A stretch of 64,000 nucleotides of DNA, taken from the NCBI GenBank assembly GCA_964561135.1, contig CAZLOB010000022.1:5718-69717 (forward strand), written 5' to 3'. Below the pieces are notes generated by a model. It ran no database searches. It was not told the DNA's origin and saw nothing but the letters and a program-made list of their open reading frames with translations. This stretch comes from an uncultured Elusimicrobia bacterium. Its GTDB lineage: Bacteria; Elusimicrobiota; Endomicrobiia; DTEH01. How positions within the stretch are numbered: position 1 is the first letter of the stretch; every line of letters begins with the position of its first letter. Both the position numbers and the translations under genes were made by a program. This document shows positions 42,186 through 51,613 of the stretch, piece after piece.

Positions 42186-43190
42186 ATGAAAAACATTTTT
42201 ATAATAGGTGGAGGTTGTTGGGGGGCAACCTTAGCAACAATATATGCTAAGAAGGGATTAAAAATTACCATCTATGAACCTGTTTTGGAAAACTATAATT
42301 ATCTTAAACAACATCGTCACCCAAAATTTTTTAAGTATGTAAGTATCCCTGAAAATGTAAACATTACTAACGATGCGAATCAAATACAAAAAAATGATAT
42401 TGTTTTTTTAGTAATACCATCAATTTATGTGTTACCAATATTGAATAAATTTAAAAATGTAAATACTAAAGAAAAAATTTTTATTTCTTGTGTCAAAGGG
42501 TTTGAACCAAAAACTTTTAATTCTATCTCAAAAACAATTGCTGAAAGTTTAAAAATTAATAAAGAAAAAATTTTTGTCTTAAGTGGACCTTCTCATGCTG
42601 AAGAAGTTGCTATGGAAAAACCTACAGCAGTATCTTTAGCAGGAGTAAATAAGGATCTGCTTGTTAAATTACAAAAATTGTTAGCAACACAAATGTTAAG
42701 GATTTATGTCAATACAGACATTGTTGGGGTAGAAATAGCAGGAGCTGTGAAAAATATATATGCTATTGCTGCCGGCATCTGTGATGGTCTTAAGCTTGGT
42801 AATAATGCAAAAGCTGCTTTAATTACACGTTCATTAAAAGAAATGATATTAGTTGGCAACCTTTTCGGTGCAGAAACAAAAACCTTTTTTGGTTTATCAG
42901 GAATTGGTGATTTACTTACAACGGCTTATTCACCTTATTCAAGAAACCGTACTTTTGGCGAATATATTGCTAAATACAAAAACATAGAAAAAGCAAAACA
43001 AAAAATTCATACTTTTATCGAAGGTATCTACACTGTAAAAACAATTAATAAAATTGCAAAAAAATATTCTCTAGAGTTACCTATTGCAGAAGAAGTTTAT
43101 AAAATTATATATAAAAACAAACCGCCAGAACTTTCAATAAAATCTTTATTAACAAGACCGTTAAAAGAAGAGTTTAGTTGGTTAAAATGA
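42186..43190 (+). CDS. gpsA: NAD(P)H-dependent glycerol-3-phosphate dehydrogenase
   Basis: GGGCWG Rossmann motif, GPSHAEEV, lipid-synthesis neighbourhood plsY-gpsA. Confidence 0.88.
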   Translation: MKNIFIIGGGCWGATLATIYAKKGLKITIYEPVLENYNYLKQHRHPKFFKYVSIPENVNITNDANQIQKNDIVFLVIPSIYVLPILNKFKNVNTKEKIFISCVKGFEPKTFNSISKTIAESLKINKEKIFVLSGPSHAEEVAMEKPTAVSLAGVNKDLLVKLQKLLATQMLRIYVNTDIVGVEIAGAVKNIYAIAAGICDGLKLGNNAKAALITRSLKEMILVGNLFGAETKTFFGLSGIGDLLTTAYSPYSRNRTFGEYIAKYKNIEKAKQKIHTFIEGIYTVKTINKIAKKYSLELPIAEEVYKIIYKNKPPELSIKSLLTRPLKEEFSWLK

Positions 43191-43471
43191 ATAAAAATGA
43201 TTTAATTAAAATATTAACACAATATACTTTAACAAAAAATGATGCAAAAAAGTTTGTAAATATTATTTTTGACTCAATAAGAGATGCTTTGTTATCTGGT
43301 GAAAAAGTTGTGATACAAAACTTTGGTAGTTTTATTCCAAAATTTTATAAATCAAAAAGAATGTATAATCCAAAACAAAAAAAATACGTTGTATTAACAC
43401 CAAGAAAAAAAATAAAATTTACTCTTTCTAAAAAATTTTTTGCAGCGTTAAACTTAAAAGAAAAAAAGTAA
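43187..43471 (+). CDS. hup: DNA-binding protein HU
   Basis: MNKNDLIKIL start, beta-arm with P. About 94 aa. The track ORF from 43178 would overlap the gpsA stop. Confidence 0.82.
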   Translation: MNKNDLIKILTQYTLTKNDAKKFVNIIFDSIRDALLSGEKVVIQNFGSFIPKFYKSKRMYNPKQKKYVVLTPRKKIKFTLSKKFFAALNLKEKK

Positions 43472-43477
43472 GCAACT

Positions 43478-43840
43478 ATGACTGAAGAAAACAAACAACA
43501 TTACTATACTATCAAAGAGTTTGCAAAAAAAGTTGGTGTTGAAGAATATGTGTTAAGATACTGGGAAAGTGTATTTCCACAATTAAAACCTTTAAAAACT
43601 GAAAAAGGGCATAGAAGATATACAGACGAACATATACCTATTGTAGAAAAAATTAAAGAACTTATGTGGGAAAAAAAATATACTATTGAAGGAGCAAGAA
43701 AGGAATTAAAAGAATTTTTTTCTAAAAAGAAAAATGTGCAATCCACATTATTTTTAGATTTCCAAACTGCAGGTAATAAAAAAATATTAAACGAAATTAA
43801 AAGTGTTTTAGAAGAAATTTTAAAAATTCTTGAAGAATAG
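43478..43840 (+). CDS. MerR-family transcriptional regulator
   Basis: N-terminal MerR HTH (YTIKEFAKKVGVEEYVLRYWE) plus coiled-coil C-terminus. Confidence 0.75.
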   Translation: MTEENKQHYYTIKEFAKKVGVEEYVLRYWESVFPQLKPLKTEKGHRRYTDEHIPIVEKIKELMWEKKYTIEGARKELKEFFSKKKNVQSTLFLDFQTAGNKKILNEIKSVLEEILKILEE

Positions 43841-43842
43841 AT

Positions 43843-44340
43843 ATGATAGAAAATCTTGTACAACTTTTTTCTAATTTACCAAAAGAAGTTGCAATAATAC
43901 TTATCTCAGCCATTCCTATAAGCGAACTACGTGGTGCTATACCGGTAGGTATTGGTATCTATAAGTTTAGTGTAACCAAAACATTAACTTTAGCAATAAT
44001 TGGTAATTTATCTTTTGTTATACCGTTCTTATGGTTTTTAAACAACTTACATTTGCATTTTATGAAATATTATTACTACAACAAATTTTTTACTTGGTGG
44101 TTCAGTAAAGTAAAGCCAAGAACAAAAAATATTAAAAAATATGAATATGTTGGACTAGCTTTGTTTGTTGCTATACCTTTACCTGTGACTGGTGCTTGGA
44201 GTGGATGTGTAGCAAGCTATCTTTTAGGATTAGACTTTTGGAAATCAGTTGTAGCTATATCAATAGGAGTTTTAATTGCAGCAATAATTGTGACCGTTAT
44301 CACTCTTGTTACTACACAAACTATTCAATTAATAATTTAA
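43843..44340 (+). CDS. small membrane protein (COG2426-like, putative small multidrug export family)
   Basis: 165 aa, 4 TMs, ELRGAIPVGI motif. Immediately downstream of the MerR regulator. Confidence 0.55.
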   Translation: MIENLVQLFSNLPKEVAIILISAIPISELRGAIPVGIGIYKFSVTKTLTLAIIGNLSFVIPFLWFLNNLHLHFMKYYYYNKFFTWWFSKVKPRTKNIKKYEYVGLALFVAIPLPVTGAWSGCVASYLLGLDFWKSVVAISIGVLIAAIIVTVITLVTTQTIQLII

Positions 44341-44342
44341 AA

Positions 44343-44419
44343 AGCGGGCGATGGGATTCGAACCCACGACCTTCTGCTTGGCAAGCAGACGTTCTTAAAC
44401 CAGGCTGAACTACGCCCGC
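44343..44419 (-). tRNA. tRNA-Gly (anticodon GCC)
   Basis: Minus-strand cloverleaf. Acceptor GCGGGCG/CGCCCGC, anticodon loop UUGCCAA, T-arm GTGGGTTCGAATCCCAT. CCA not encoded. Confidence 0.85.
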
Positions 44420-44497
44420 ATTTTCCTAGTTTTTTAATTTATAAAATCAATAAATAAAAGTCAATATTTTTGATTTTATTTCTAACAAATTTAAAAC

Positions 44498-44505
44498 GAA
44501 AGGAG
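44498..44505 (+). promoter_or_regulatory. ribosome binding site for purH (GAAAGGAG)
   Basis: Strong SD 8 nt upstream of the ATG at 44513. Confidence 0.6.
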
Positions 44506-44512
44506 AAAAAAA

Positions 44513-46066
44513 ATGAAAAATGCTATAATAAGTGTATCAGATAAAACAAATTTAATAGAGTTTGCAAAAGAACTTAATAATATAGGAATAAAAATTTATT
44601 CAACTGGTGGAACTGCAAAAATTTTAAAAGAGCATAATATCAGTGTTATAGAAATATCTGAATACACTTCTTTTGCAGAAATTTTAGATGGAAGAGTTAA
44701 AACTTTACACCCAAAAATTCACGGTGGTATACTTGCAAAACGAAACAAACAAGAACATATGCAAGAGATTCAAAAATATAATATTACTCTTTTCGATCTT
44801 GTAGTAGTAAACCTTTATCCATTTGAAGAAACTCTACAAAAAACAAATGATGAAGAAGAAATTATTGAAAACATTGATATTGGGGGTGTTACACTTATTC
44901 GTGCAGCAGCAAAAAATTATAAAGATGTAGCTGTTGTTGTTGACTATAACGATTATCCCGAAGTTATACATAGAATCAAAAATAACACATTAGATTTAGA
45001 ATACAAAAAATATCTTGCAACAAAAGCATTTTTACATACTGCAAGATATGATTCTATAATCTCAAACTGGTTTGTTAAAACTTCAAAAAAAGAAGTTTTT
45101 GATTTTGAAGAAATATCTATCGGACTTAAAAAAGTGTCTAACTTAAGATATGGAGAGAATCCACATCAAAAAGCTGCTTTGTTCAAATTCGCGTCAAAAA
45201 CATCAAGTTTAGTTTCTGCAGAAAAGTTGCAAGGTAAAGAATTGTCATATAACAATTACTTAGATTTAGATTCAGCAATGAATATTGTAAAAAATTTTTC
45301 AAATCCTGCTTGTGTTATAATAAAACATAACAATCCTTGTGGTGTAGCAGAAGCAAATACTTTGTTAGATGCATATAAAAAAGCATTAAGTTGTGACCCT
45401 GTTTCTGCATTTGGTGGTATAATTGCTTTTAATTACGAAGTGGACGAAAATACTGCAAAAGAAGTTATTAACCTATTTACAGAATGTATAATTGCACCTG
45501 CGTATACACAAAAAGCAAAAGAAGTGTTCTCAAAAAAGAAAGATTTAAGATTATTAGTACTACCAGGGTTGATGAATTCAATAACAGAAGAAATTGAGTT
45601 TAGACAAATTGACGGTGGGATGCTTGTTCAATCAAAAGATTTAACTCTGTATAATGAACTTGTATATGTAACAAAACGGCACCCAACTGAACAAGAACTT
45701 AAAAGTTTAATTTTCGCGTTTAAAGTTGTAAAATATGTAAAATCAAATGCTATAGTGTTAGCAAAAGGAACACAAACTGTTGGTATAGGTGCGGGACAAA
45801 TGTCACGTATCGACGCGTTGAAAATTGCCACAATCAAAATGAACCAAATTGATAAAGAAATTTTAGAGTCGTTAAAGGAATATCCACTTGTTTTAGCATC
45901 GGATGCGTTTTTCCCGTTCAACGATGTTGTGAATGAAGCTGCAAAAATTGGTGTTTCTGCTATAATACAACCTGGTGGATCCGTACGAGATGCAGATTCT
46001 ATATCTTTAGCGAATGAATATAATATAGCTATGGTCTTTACCAAAACTCGCCACTTTAAACATTGA
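44513..46066 (+). CDS. purH: bifunctional AICAR formyltransferase / IMP cyclohydrolase
   Basis: MGS-like N-terminal domain (ALISVSDKT, STGGTA) and AICARFT C-terminal domain. 517 aa. Confidence 0.92.
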   Translation: MKNAIISVSDKTNLIEFAKELNNIGIKIYSTGGTAKILKEHNISVIEISEYTSFAEILDGRVKTLHPKIHGGILAKRNKQEHMQEIQKYNITLFDLVVVNLYPFEETLQKTNDEEEIIENIDIGGVTLIRAAAKNYKDVAVVVDYNDYPEVIHRIKNNTLDLEYKKYLATKAFLHTARYDSIISNWFVKTSKKEVFDFEEISIGLKKVSNLRYGENPHQKAALFKFASKTSSLVSAEKLQGKELSYNNYLDLDSAMNIVKNFSNPACVIIKHNNPCGVAEANTLLDAYKKALSCDPVSAFGGIIAFNYEVDENTAKEVINLFTECIIAPAYTQKAKEVFSKKKDLRLLVLPGLMNSITEEIEFRQIDGGMLVQSKDLTLYNELVYVTKRHPTEQELKSLIFAFKVVKYVKSNAIVLAKGTQTVGIGAGQMSRIDALKIATIKMNQIDKEILESLKEYPLVLASDAFFPFNDVVNEAAKIGVSAIIQPGGSVRDADSISLANEYNIAMVFTKTRHFKH

Positions 46067-46076
46067 TAGATGAGAG

Positions 46077-46619
46077 ATGTTTAGAAAAACTTTTGTTTTT
46101 TTAAGAGTCTTAACTATATTTCTAGTATGTGTTTTACATGTTTTTTCAAAAGAGTTGCCAACAGAACTTTTGGGTTTCCAAATTAATACTGAATTAAAAA
46201 GTGTAAAAAAATCTGTACAATTAAAAAAAATCAAAAATTCGTTTGAAAAAGTTTACAAGGTTTTATATATTGAACAAAGTATTGAAACTTATCTTTATTT
46301 TTTTAATAAAAAAATTTACAAAATAATTATCTGTTTTTCTGAAAAAGTTTTTGACCAAGAAGATTGGGAAAATATTGTTAGCCAAGCAATTTCTTTGTAC
46401 GATAGACCTAAAAAAGTTTTTGTAACACACAAAAATGGTTTATCACAAGAAGTTTATCTTTGGGAAGATGAAAAAGTAAAATATATCTACAAAAAAGTTA
46501 GTAAAGAAAATAAAATACAGAATTTTAGTATAGAACTAGTAGATAAACATACTGAACAAAAAATAACACAATTGTCTTTTATAAAAAAGTTATATCTCAG
46601 ATTGATTAATTTGTTTTAA
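46077..46619 (+). CDS. hypothetical secreted/membrane-anchored protein
   Basis: N-terminal hydrophobic signal-like segment. No recognisable domain. Confidence 0.45.
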   Translation: MFRKTFVFLRVLTIFLVCVLHVFSKELPTELLGFQINTELKSVKKSVQLKKIKNSFEKVYKVLYIEQSIETYLYFFNKKIYKIIICFSEKVFDQEDWENIVSQAISLYDRPKKVFVTHKNGLSQEVYLWEDEKVKYIYKKVSKENKIQNFSIELVDKHTEQKITQLSFIKKLYLRLINLF

Positions 46620-46624
46620 AAACA

Positions 46625-47416
46625 ATGAAAAACTTTCTTATAAATTTAGTAAAAACAGCTGGAAGAATTTTGCAAAAATATTATTATTCAGATATATCAC
46701 AGTTGTCATTAAAATATAAATCAAAACATAATCCCGTAACAAAAGCAGATAAAGAAGCTGAAGAAATTATAAAATATATGATATCTAAAAAATTTCCTAA
46801 CGATAAATTTATATGTGAAGAAAGTTGTCCTACAGTTGACAAACTTAATAAAGAACAAAGATACTGGGTGATAGACCCACTTGATGGTACCGTAAATTTT
46901 TCACACAAACTTCCAATATTTTGTATCTCAATTGCTATAATAGAAAATAACGATATTGTTGAAGGAATTGTATATAATCCTATAACAAAAGATTTGTATT
47001 ATGCAAAAAAAGGATGTGGAGCGTATAAAAATAATAAAAAAATACTTGTATCTAAAATAAAAAATTTGTATAATTCTTTATTAGTAACAGGTTTTCCATA
47101 TTATACATATAAAAATCCACAACGGGTGTTTAAATTGTTTAACAAATTTGCGATTTCTGCACAAGCAGTACGTAGATTAGGTTCAGCAGCGTTAGACCTT
47201 TGTATGGTAGCCGAAGGTATCTTTGAAGGATTTTGGGAAGAAAACTTGCAAATATGGGATGTAGCAGCAGGATCTTTAATTGTTAAAGAAGCTGGAGGAG
47301 AAGTAACAGATTTTTTTGGTAAAGATAATTATTTGTTTGGTAAAACAATAGTTGCAACAAACGGAAAAATACATAAACAAATGTTGAATATTATAAGCAA
47401 AACAGTCAAAAGTTAA
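46625..47416 (+). CDS. suhB: inositol monophosphatase family protein (SuhB/IMPase-like)
   Basis: Motifs WVIDPLDGT and WDVAAGSLIVKEAGG. Confidence 0.82.
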   Translation: MKNFLINLVKTAGRILQKYYYSDISQLSLKYKSKHNPVTKADKEAEEIIKYMISKKFPNDKFICEESCPTVDKLNKEQRYWVIDPLDGTVNFSHKLPIFCISIAIIENNDIVEGIVYNPITKDLYYAKKGCGAYKNNKKILVSKIKNLYNSLLVTGFPYYTYKNPQRVFKLFNKFAISAQAVRRLGSAALDLCMVAEGIFEGFWEENLQIWDVAAGSLIVKEAGGEVTDFFGKDNYLFGKTIVATNGKIHKQMLNIISKTVKS

Positions 47417-47421
47417 GAAGA

Positions 47422-47502
<81 letters not shown>

Positions 47503-47532
47503 AAGAAAATTATTTTTATTTTTTTACTTAAA

Positions 47533-48192
47533 ATGAAACTGAAACAAATTAGTGAATTTTTACCACGGGAAAAACTTTTAAAATACAACAGACCCGATAA
47601 ACTCAAAAATGAAGAGTTGCTTGCTATCATCCTTAGAACTGGAACAAAAAATTACAATGTGTTAACTTTAGCAAAAAAAATTTTAAAACAATATGGTAAA
47701 GAATTACCTTATGTTTCAGTAAATGAGTTAAAAAATTTTTTAGGTATAGGTGAAGCACGTGCATGTAGTATTGTTGCATGTTTTGAACTTGGTAAACGTT
47801 TGTTAAGAGATAAAAAGACATATCTTTATCTTACACCGAAAGATGTATACGAACGACTTTCAGAATACAGAACAGCTAAAAAAGAATATTTTTTTGTGTT
47901 TTACCTCGACAGTAGAAACCAAGAAATAAAATGTGAAGTTGTAAGTGTTGGGATTTTAAATTCAAGTTTAGTACATCCAAGGGAAGTGTTTGAACCTGCA
48001 GTGAAACATCTTGCATGTCAGATTATTGTTGCACATAATCATCCATCAGGTTGTTTAGAACCGTCAAAAGATGATCTTGAGATTACACAACGTTTAATAA
48101 AAGCAGGTGAAATACTTGGTATAGAACTGTTAGATCATGTTATTGTTGCTAAAAACGGATATTTTAGTTTTAAAGAATATAAACTTATGTAA
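47533..48192 (+). CDS. radC: RadC-family JAB/MPN domain protein (UPF0758)
   Basis: HhH N-terminal region and JAMM-like motif (HNHPSG). Confidence 0.85.
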   Translation: MKLKQISEFLPREKLLKYNRPDKLKNEELLAIILRTGTKNYNVLTLAKKILKQYGKELPYVSVNELKNFLGIGEARACSIVACFELGKRLLRDKKTYLYLTPKDVYERLSEYRTAKKEYFFVFYLDSRNQEIKCEVVSVGILNSSLVHPREVFEPAVKHLACQIIVAHNHPSGCLEPSKDDLEITQRLIKAGEILGIELLDHVIVAKNGYFSFKEYKLM

Positions 48193-48216
48193 CAACAAAT
48201 TGTTGAGGTTAAACAT

Positions 48217-48414
48217 ATGAAAGAATGTAAAATAAATGAAAATCTTAAAATTTGTCCATGCAGTTATCCAGTGTGTTCCAGAAAAGGTATTTGTTGTGAA
48301 TGTTTGCATTACCACAGAGAAAGAGGGGAACTGCCAGCATGTTATTTTTCACCAAAAGTTGAAAAAACATACGACAGAAGTATCGAAAATTTTATAAAAA
48401 ATTATAAAAAATAA
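48217..48414 (+). CDS. small cysteine-rich protein (predicted metal-binding), unknown function
   Basis: 65 aa. C-P-C-x4-C-x5-C-C-x-C-x2-H-x8-C pattern. Confidence 0.45.
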   Translation: MKECKINENLKICPCSYPVCSRKGICCECLHYHRERGELPACYFSPKVEKTYDRSIENFIKNYKK

Positions 48415-48448
48415 TAAGTCTCCAAACAATCTAAAGGAAAACCAAAAA

Positions 48449-49183
48449 ATGAGTATAAGACCTATAGTGATGAAATTTGGGGGTTCTTCAGTAGCAAATG
48501 TTGAACGTATAAAAAATGTTGCTAAAATCATTGTTAATAAAAAGAAAAAGTATAAACATATTGTAGTTGTTGTTTCAGCACCTGGAGATATGACCGACGA
48601 ACTTATTGAAAAAGCATACCAAATCACTCCTGACCCTGATAAACGAGAATTTGATATGTTGTTATCTACAGGAGAACAAATATCAATTGCTCTTTTAGCA
48701 ATGGCATTACATACATTAAACTGTGATGCTATTTCTTTAACAGGACCACAAGCAGGCATCTATGCTGATGCATCATATACCAAAGCTAAAATTATTGATA
48801 TTGATACAAAAAAAATAAAAAGATATTTAAAACAAGGTAAAGTGGTTATAGTTGCTGGTTTTCAAGGAATAAATCCTTATCAAGATATAACAACCTTAGG
48901 ACGGGGCGGTTCTGACCTTACCGCAATAGCGTTAGCTGCAAAGTTAAAAAGTCCTATCTGCGAAATATATACAGATGTAGAAGGTGTCTATACTACAGAT
49001 CCAAGAATTGTACCAGAAGCAAGAAAAATTAATTATCTTACCTATGACGAAATGCTTGAGATAGCAGGCAGTGGCGCACAAGTTATGATGGCAAGATCTA
49101 TTGAAGTAGCAAAAAAATATAATGTTAAACTTGAAATAAAATCGTCTCTTGTTCGAAAACCAGGAACAATAATTTATAAATAA
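48449..49183 (+). CDS. aspartate kinase catalytic domain protein lacking ACT regulatory domains
   Basis: AAK fold with aspartokinase signatures (KFGGSSV, VVVVSAPGDMTDEL, GFQG, TLGRGGSDLTAIALAA, TDVEGVYTTDPR). Stops at ...SSLVRKPGTIIYK, where ACT domains normally begin. Only 94 nt non-coding before queH. Confidence 0.75.
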   Translation: MSIRPIVMKFGGSSVANVERIKNVAKIIVNKKKKYKHIVVVVSAPGDMTDELIEKAYQITPDPDKREFDMLLSTGEQISIALLAMALHTLNCDAISLTGPQAGIYADASYTKAKIIDIDTKKIKRYLKQGKVVIVAGFQGINPYQDITTLGRGGSDLTAIALAAKLKSPICEIYTDVEGVYTTDPRIVPEARKINYLTYDEMLEIAGSGAQVMMARSIEVAKKYNVKLEIKSSLVRKPGTIIYK

Positions 49184-49295
49184 AATTCTTAACTTTCTTT
49201 TTGAAAATTCTATCATTATTTCGCTACTCATATTTTGCCAAAATTATTGTCCTTATATTGACATATATAAAATAAATTTGTATCTTTTTATTCGT

Positions 49296-49838
49296 ATGAA
49301 CAACAATAAAGTATTGCTTCATATTTGTTGTGGAATATGCGCATTAGAATCTATAAATAGGTTACTACAGCAAAAGTATAAAGTTATAGGTTACTTTTAC
49401 AACCCTAACATTTATCCAAAAGAAGAATATCAAAAAAGATTACAAGTTGTTGAAAAAGTTGCTGAAATATACAATATTAAGATCATCTATGATAATTACG
49501 AACCTGAAGTTTGGCAAAAATTATGTGGACAATACGAAAGCGAACCTGAAGGGGGAAAAAGATGTTTATTGTGTTATGAATTAAGATTAAGAAAAACATA
49601 CAATACTATGGTAAAAGAAAATCTTGATTTATTCACTACGACACTTACTATAAGTCCACATAAAAAATCAAATATAATTTTTGAAATAGGTGAAAAAATT
49701 GGTGGTGAAAAATTTTTAAAAATTGATTTTAAAAAACATGACGGATTTAAAAAAACTATTGAACTAGCAAAACAATTCGAGTTTTATAGACAAAACTATT
49801 GTGGATGCAAATTTTCATTAAGAAAAACTATCTTATGA
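49296..49838 (+). CDS. queH: epoxyqueuosine reductase QueH (DUF208)
   Basis: Conserved Cys motifs (HICCGIC, CLLC, CGC). ATG at 49296 preferred over the TTG at 49278. Confidence 0.8.
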   Translation: MNNNKVLLHICCGICALESINRLLQQKYKVIGYFYNPNIYPKEEYQKRLQVVEKVAEIYNIKIIYDNYEPEVWQKLCGQYESEPEGGKRCLLCYELRLRKTYNTMVKENLDLFTTTLTISPHKKSNIIFEIGEKIGGEKFLKIDFKKHDGFKKTIELAKQFEFYRQNYCGCKFSLRKTIL

Positions 49839-50575
49839 AAAAAACTAATCTTGTAGCAGTATTTACCTGCGAAAATATCAACAAACAATTATCTTTGCTT
49901 AAAAAATACAAAAATTTTATTGACAGCGTAGAAATAAGGGTTGACTCCTTTTATAAGAATAATAAAATCAAAGAAATACCAAATATTATAAAAAATATAA
50001 AAGATACTATACCAAAGATAAAAATTATTATAACATTCAGAAAACTTGAAGAAGGTGGTTGTGTAAAAGTTTATGAAAAAACAAGGCAATTTGTAATAAC
50101 AGAACTTTTAAAAAGTTCTCATCAATACATAAATTTCGTAGATATTGAATTTTTCTCTAAAATAAAAAATAAAATAATTAATCTAGCAAAAAAATATAAA
50201 AAAATTGTAATTTTATCGTTTCATAAATTAGACAAAAATTTTAAGCTAAATGAAGTAACAAAAATAATTAAAAAAATGCAAAAATTTGTTAATAGCAATA
50301 AAAAACACTGCATCATTAAAATAGTTGTTTATTGTGATTCATTATACAAATACATCGAGATCTTAAAAAGTGCTCACATTAAGCCAACAACGAAAACAAA
50401 AGTTTTTAAAAACATAAGCATTTTTTCTGTTGGCAAAACTTCGATACTTTCAAGGCTAATTTGTTTCGTTTTGGATATGCCGATTGTTTACGCTGCACTA
50501 TCAAAAGCAGTAATTAAAACACAGCCTACTATAAAACAGATTGTCAAAATAAAAAGACTTCTTGCCAACAACTAA
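49835..50575 (+). CDS. aroD: 3-dehydroquinate dehydratase, type I
   Basis: DSVEIRVD motif region and DHQase-I barrel length. ATGA overlap with queH. The track ORF from 49799 has a less likely upstream start. Confidence 0.7.
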   Translation: MKKTNLVAVFTCENINKQLSLLKKYKNFIDSVEIRVDSFYKNNKIKEIPNIIKNIKDTIPKIKIIITFRKLEEGGCVKVYEKTRQFVITELLKSSHQYINFVDIEFFSKIKNKIINLAKKYKKIVILSFHKLDKNFKLNEVTKIIKKMQKFVNSNKKHCIIKIVVYCDSLYKYIEILKSAHIKPTTKTKVFKNISIFSVGKTSILSRLICFVLDMPIVYAALSKAVIKTQPTIKQIVKIKRLLANN

Positions 50576-50859
50576 ATTCTAAAAACTTAAACTTAAAATG
50601 ACGATTTAAAACTTAATCCGGCTATTGAATTTAACCAAATTTTAATCTAATTTTAAGTTCCTATAAGATATATTATGTTAATTTATATTTTTTGAATGAT
50701 ACTTTAAAATAAAGACGAAAAATTACGAAAAAACGAAATCATAAAACAAAAATTAATGTAATAGTTTAAATTCGAATAAAAATAAAAATTAAAGTAATAC
50801 TTGAAAATAGAAATTGCAAAAATTGTAAAACTTGCAGCTTCAAAAAAGAAACTTGCAAG

Positions 50860-51606
50860 TTAAACTTTTGTAATAATGGAAAGTAAGCGGTAAGAAGTGG
50901 CATTTTTTCTAAAAGAAAAGAAAAGGTCATCATGAAAAGTACAAAAACCAGTGTTAATAATCTGCTGTTTTGAAAAACCGAAATTTAAAAGTTTTTTAAA
51001 AAGTATATCAAATAAAGAAAATTTCTCCCCATCTACATAATAACAATTCCCGCAAATATGAGGGCCTGCTATAAATAGAGTATCTTTTAAAGAAAAAGAA
51101 AGAGTATTTAGTTTCTCAAAAAGACATTCTATTATACCTTTTTGCAATCCTATTCTTCCAATATGAACAAGTCCAAACCAGCTGTTTTCTATATCCACAA
51201 CAAATAAAGGGATACAATCGGCTGTAAAAATAGCAATAATTTCTTTATTATTTTTAGAAATTATGCCATCTGTATGTAGAATTATTTTATAGTCAACCAC
51301 AAAATTTTTGAATTGTAGTTTACCAAAATAACCTTCAAAATCTGACTGATTGGTTTCTATTATTTTATTATCGTGTATTTGCTCGCACATTACCACAACT
51401 TTGTTTAAAAATATACTTGGATATTTAGTAGCAAAAGAGTACAAAGAAAGGGTTTTTTCTTTAGAAATAAAAGGGATAAAAGGAATAGACAAGTTAGCTT
51501 CTTTGGTTTCAGATATTAAATTCTTTGTTGTAGTAAGTAACAAAAAATCTTTTATTTTAAAAGATATATAATCACAATTTTCTTCATAGCTAATCATTTT
51601 CCACAA
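50860..51606 (-). CDS. pgeF: PgeF/YfiH family purine nucleoside phosphorylase (polyphenol oxidase-like, DUF152)
   Basis: Conserved HTDG, Cys and His residues of the YfiH family. Terminal gene of the dcw cluster, as in many bacteria. Confidence 0.75.
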   Translation of the reverse strand: MWKMISYEENCDYISFKIKDFLLLTTTKNLISETKEANLSIPFIPFISKEKTLSLYSFATKYPSIFLNKVVVMCEQIHDNKIIETNQSDFEGYFGKLQFKNFVVDYKIILHTDGIISKNNKEIIAIFTADCIPLFVVDIENSWFGLVHIGRIGLQKGIIECLFEKLNTLSFSLKDTLFIAGPHICGNCYYVDGEKFSLFDILFKKLLNFGFSKQQIINTGFCTFHDDLFFSFRKNATSYRLLSIITKV

Positions 51607-51613
51607 ATTCTTC

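Noticed and set aside
44420-44512. Possible purine riboswitch upstream of purH
   Set aside because: Only about 90 nt, mostly A/T, with no recognisable three-stem junction. Looks like a simple promoter plus strong SD.
49184-49295. Possible preQ1 riboswitch or separate promoter before queH
   Set aside because: A TTGACA-like hexamer is present but no convincing -10 at proper spacing, and no preQ1-I aptamer hairpin with A-rich tail. Left unannotated.
50850-50861. AACTTGCAAGTT palindrome as a rho-independent terminator
   Set aside because: Perfect palindrome with no loop, A/T-rich stem and no downstream U-tract. Reported only as a curiosity within the intergenic finding.
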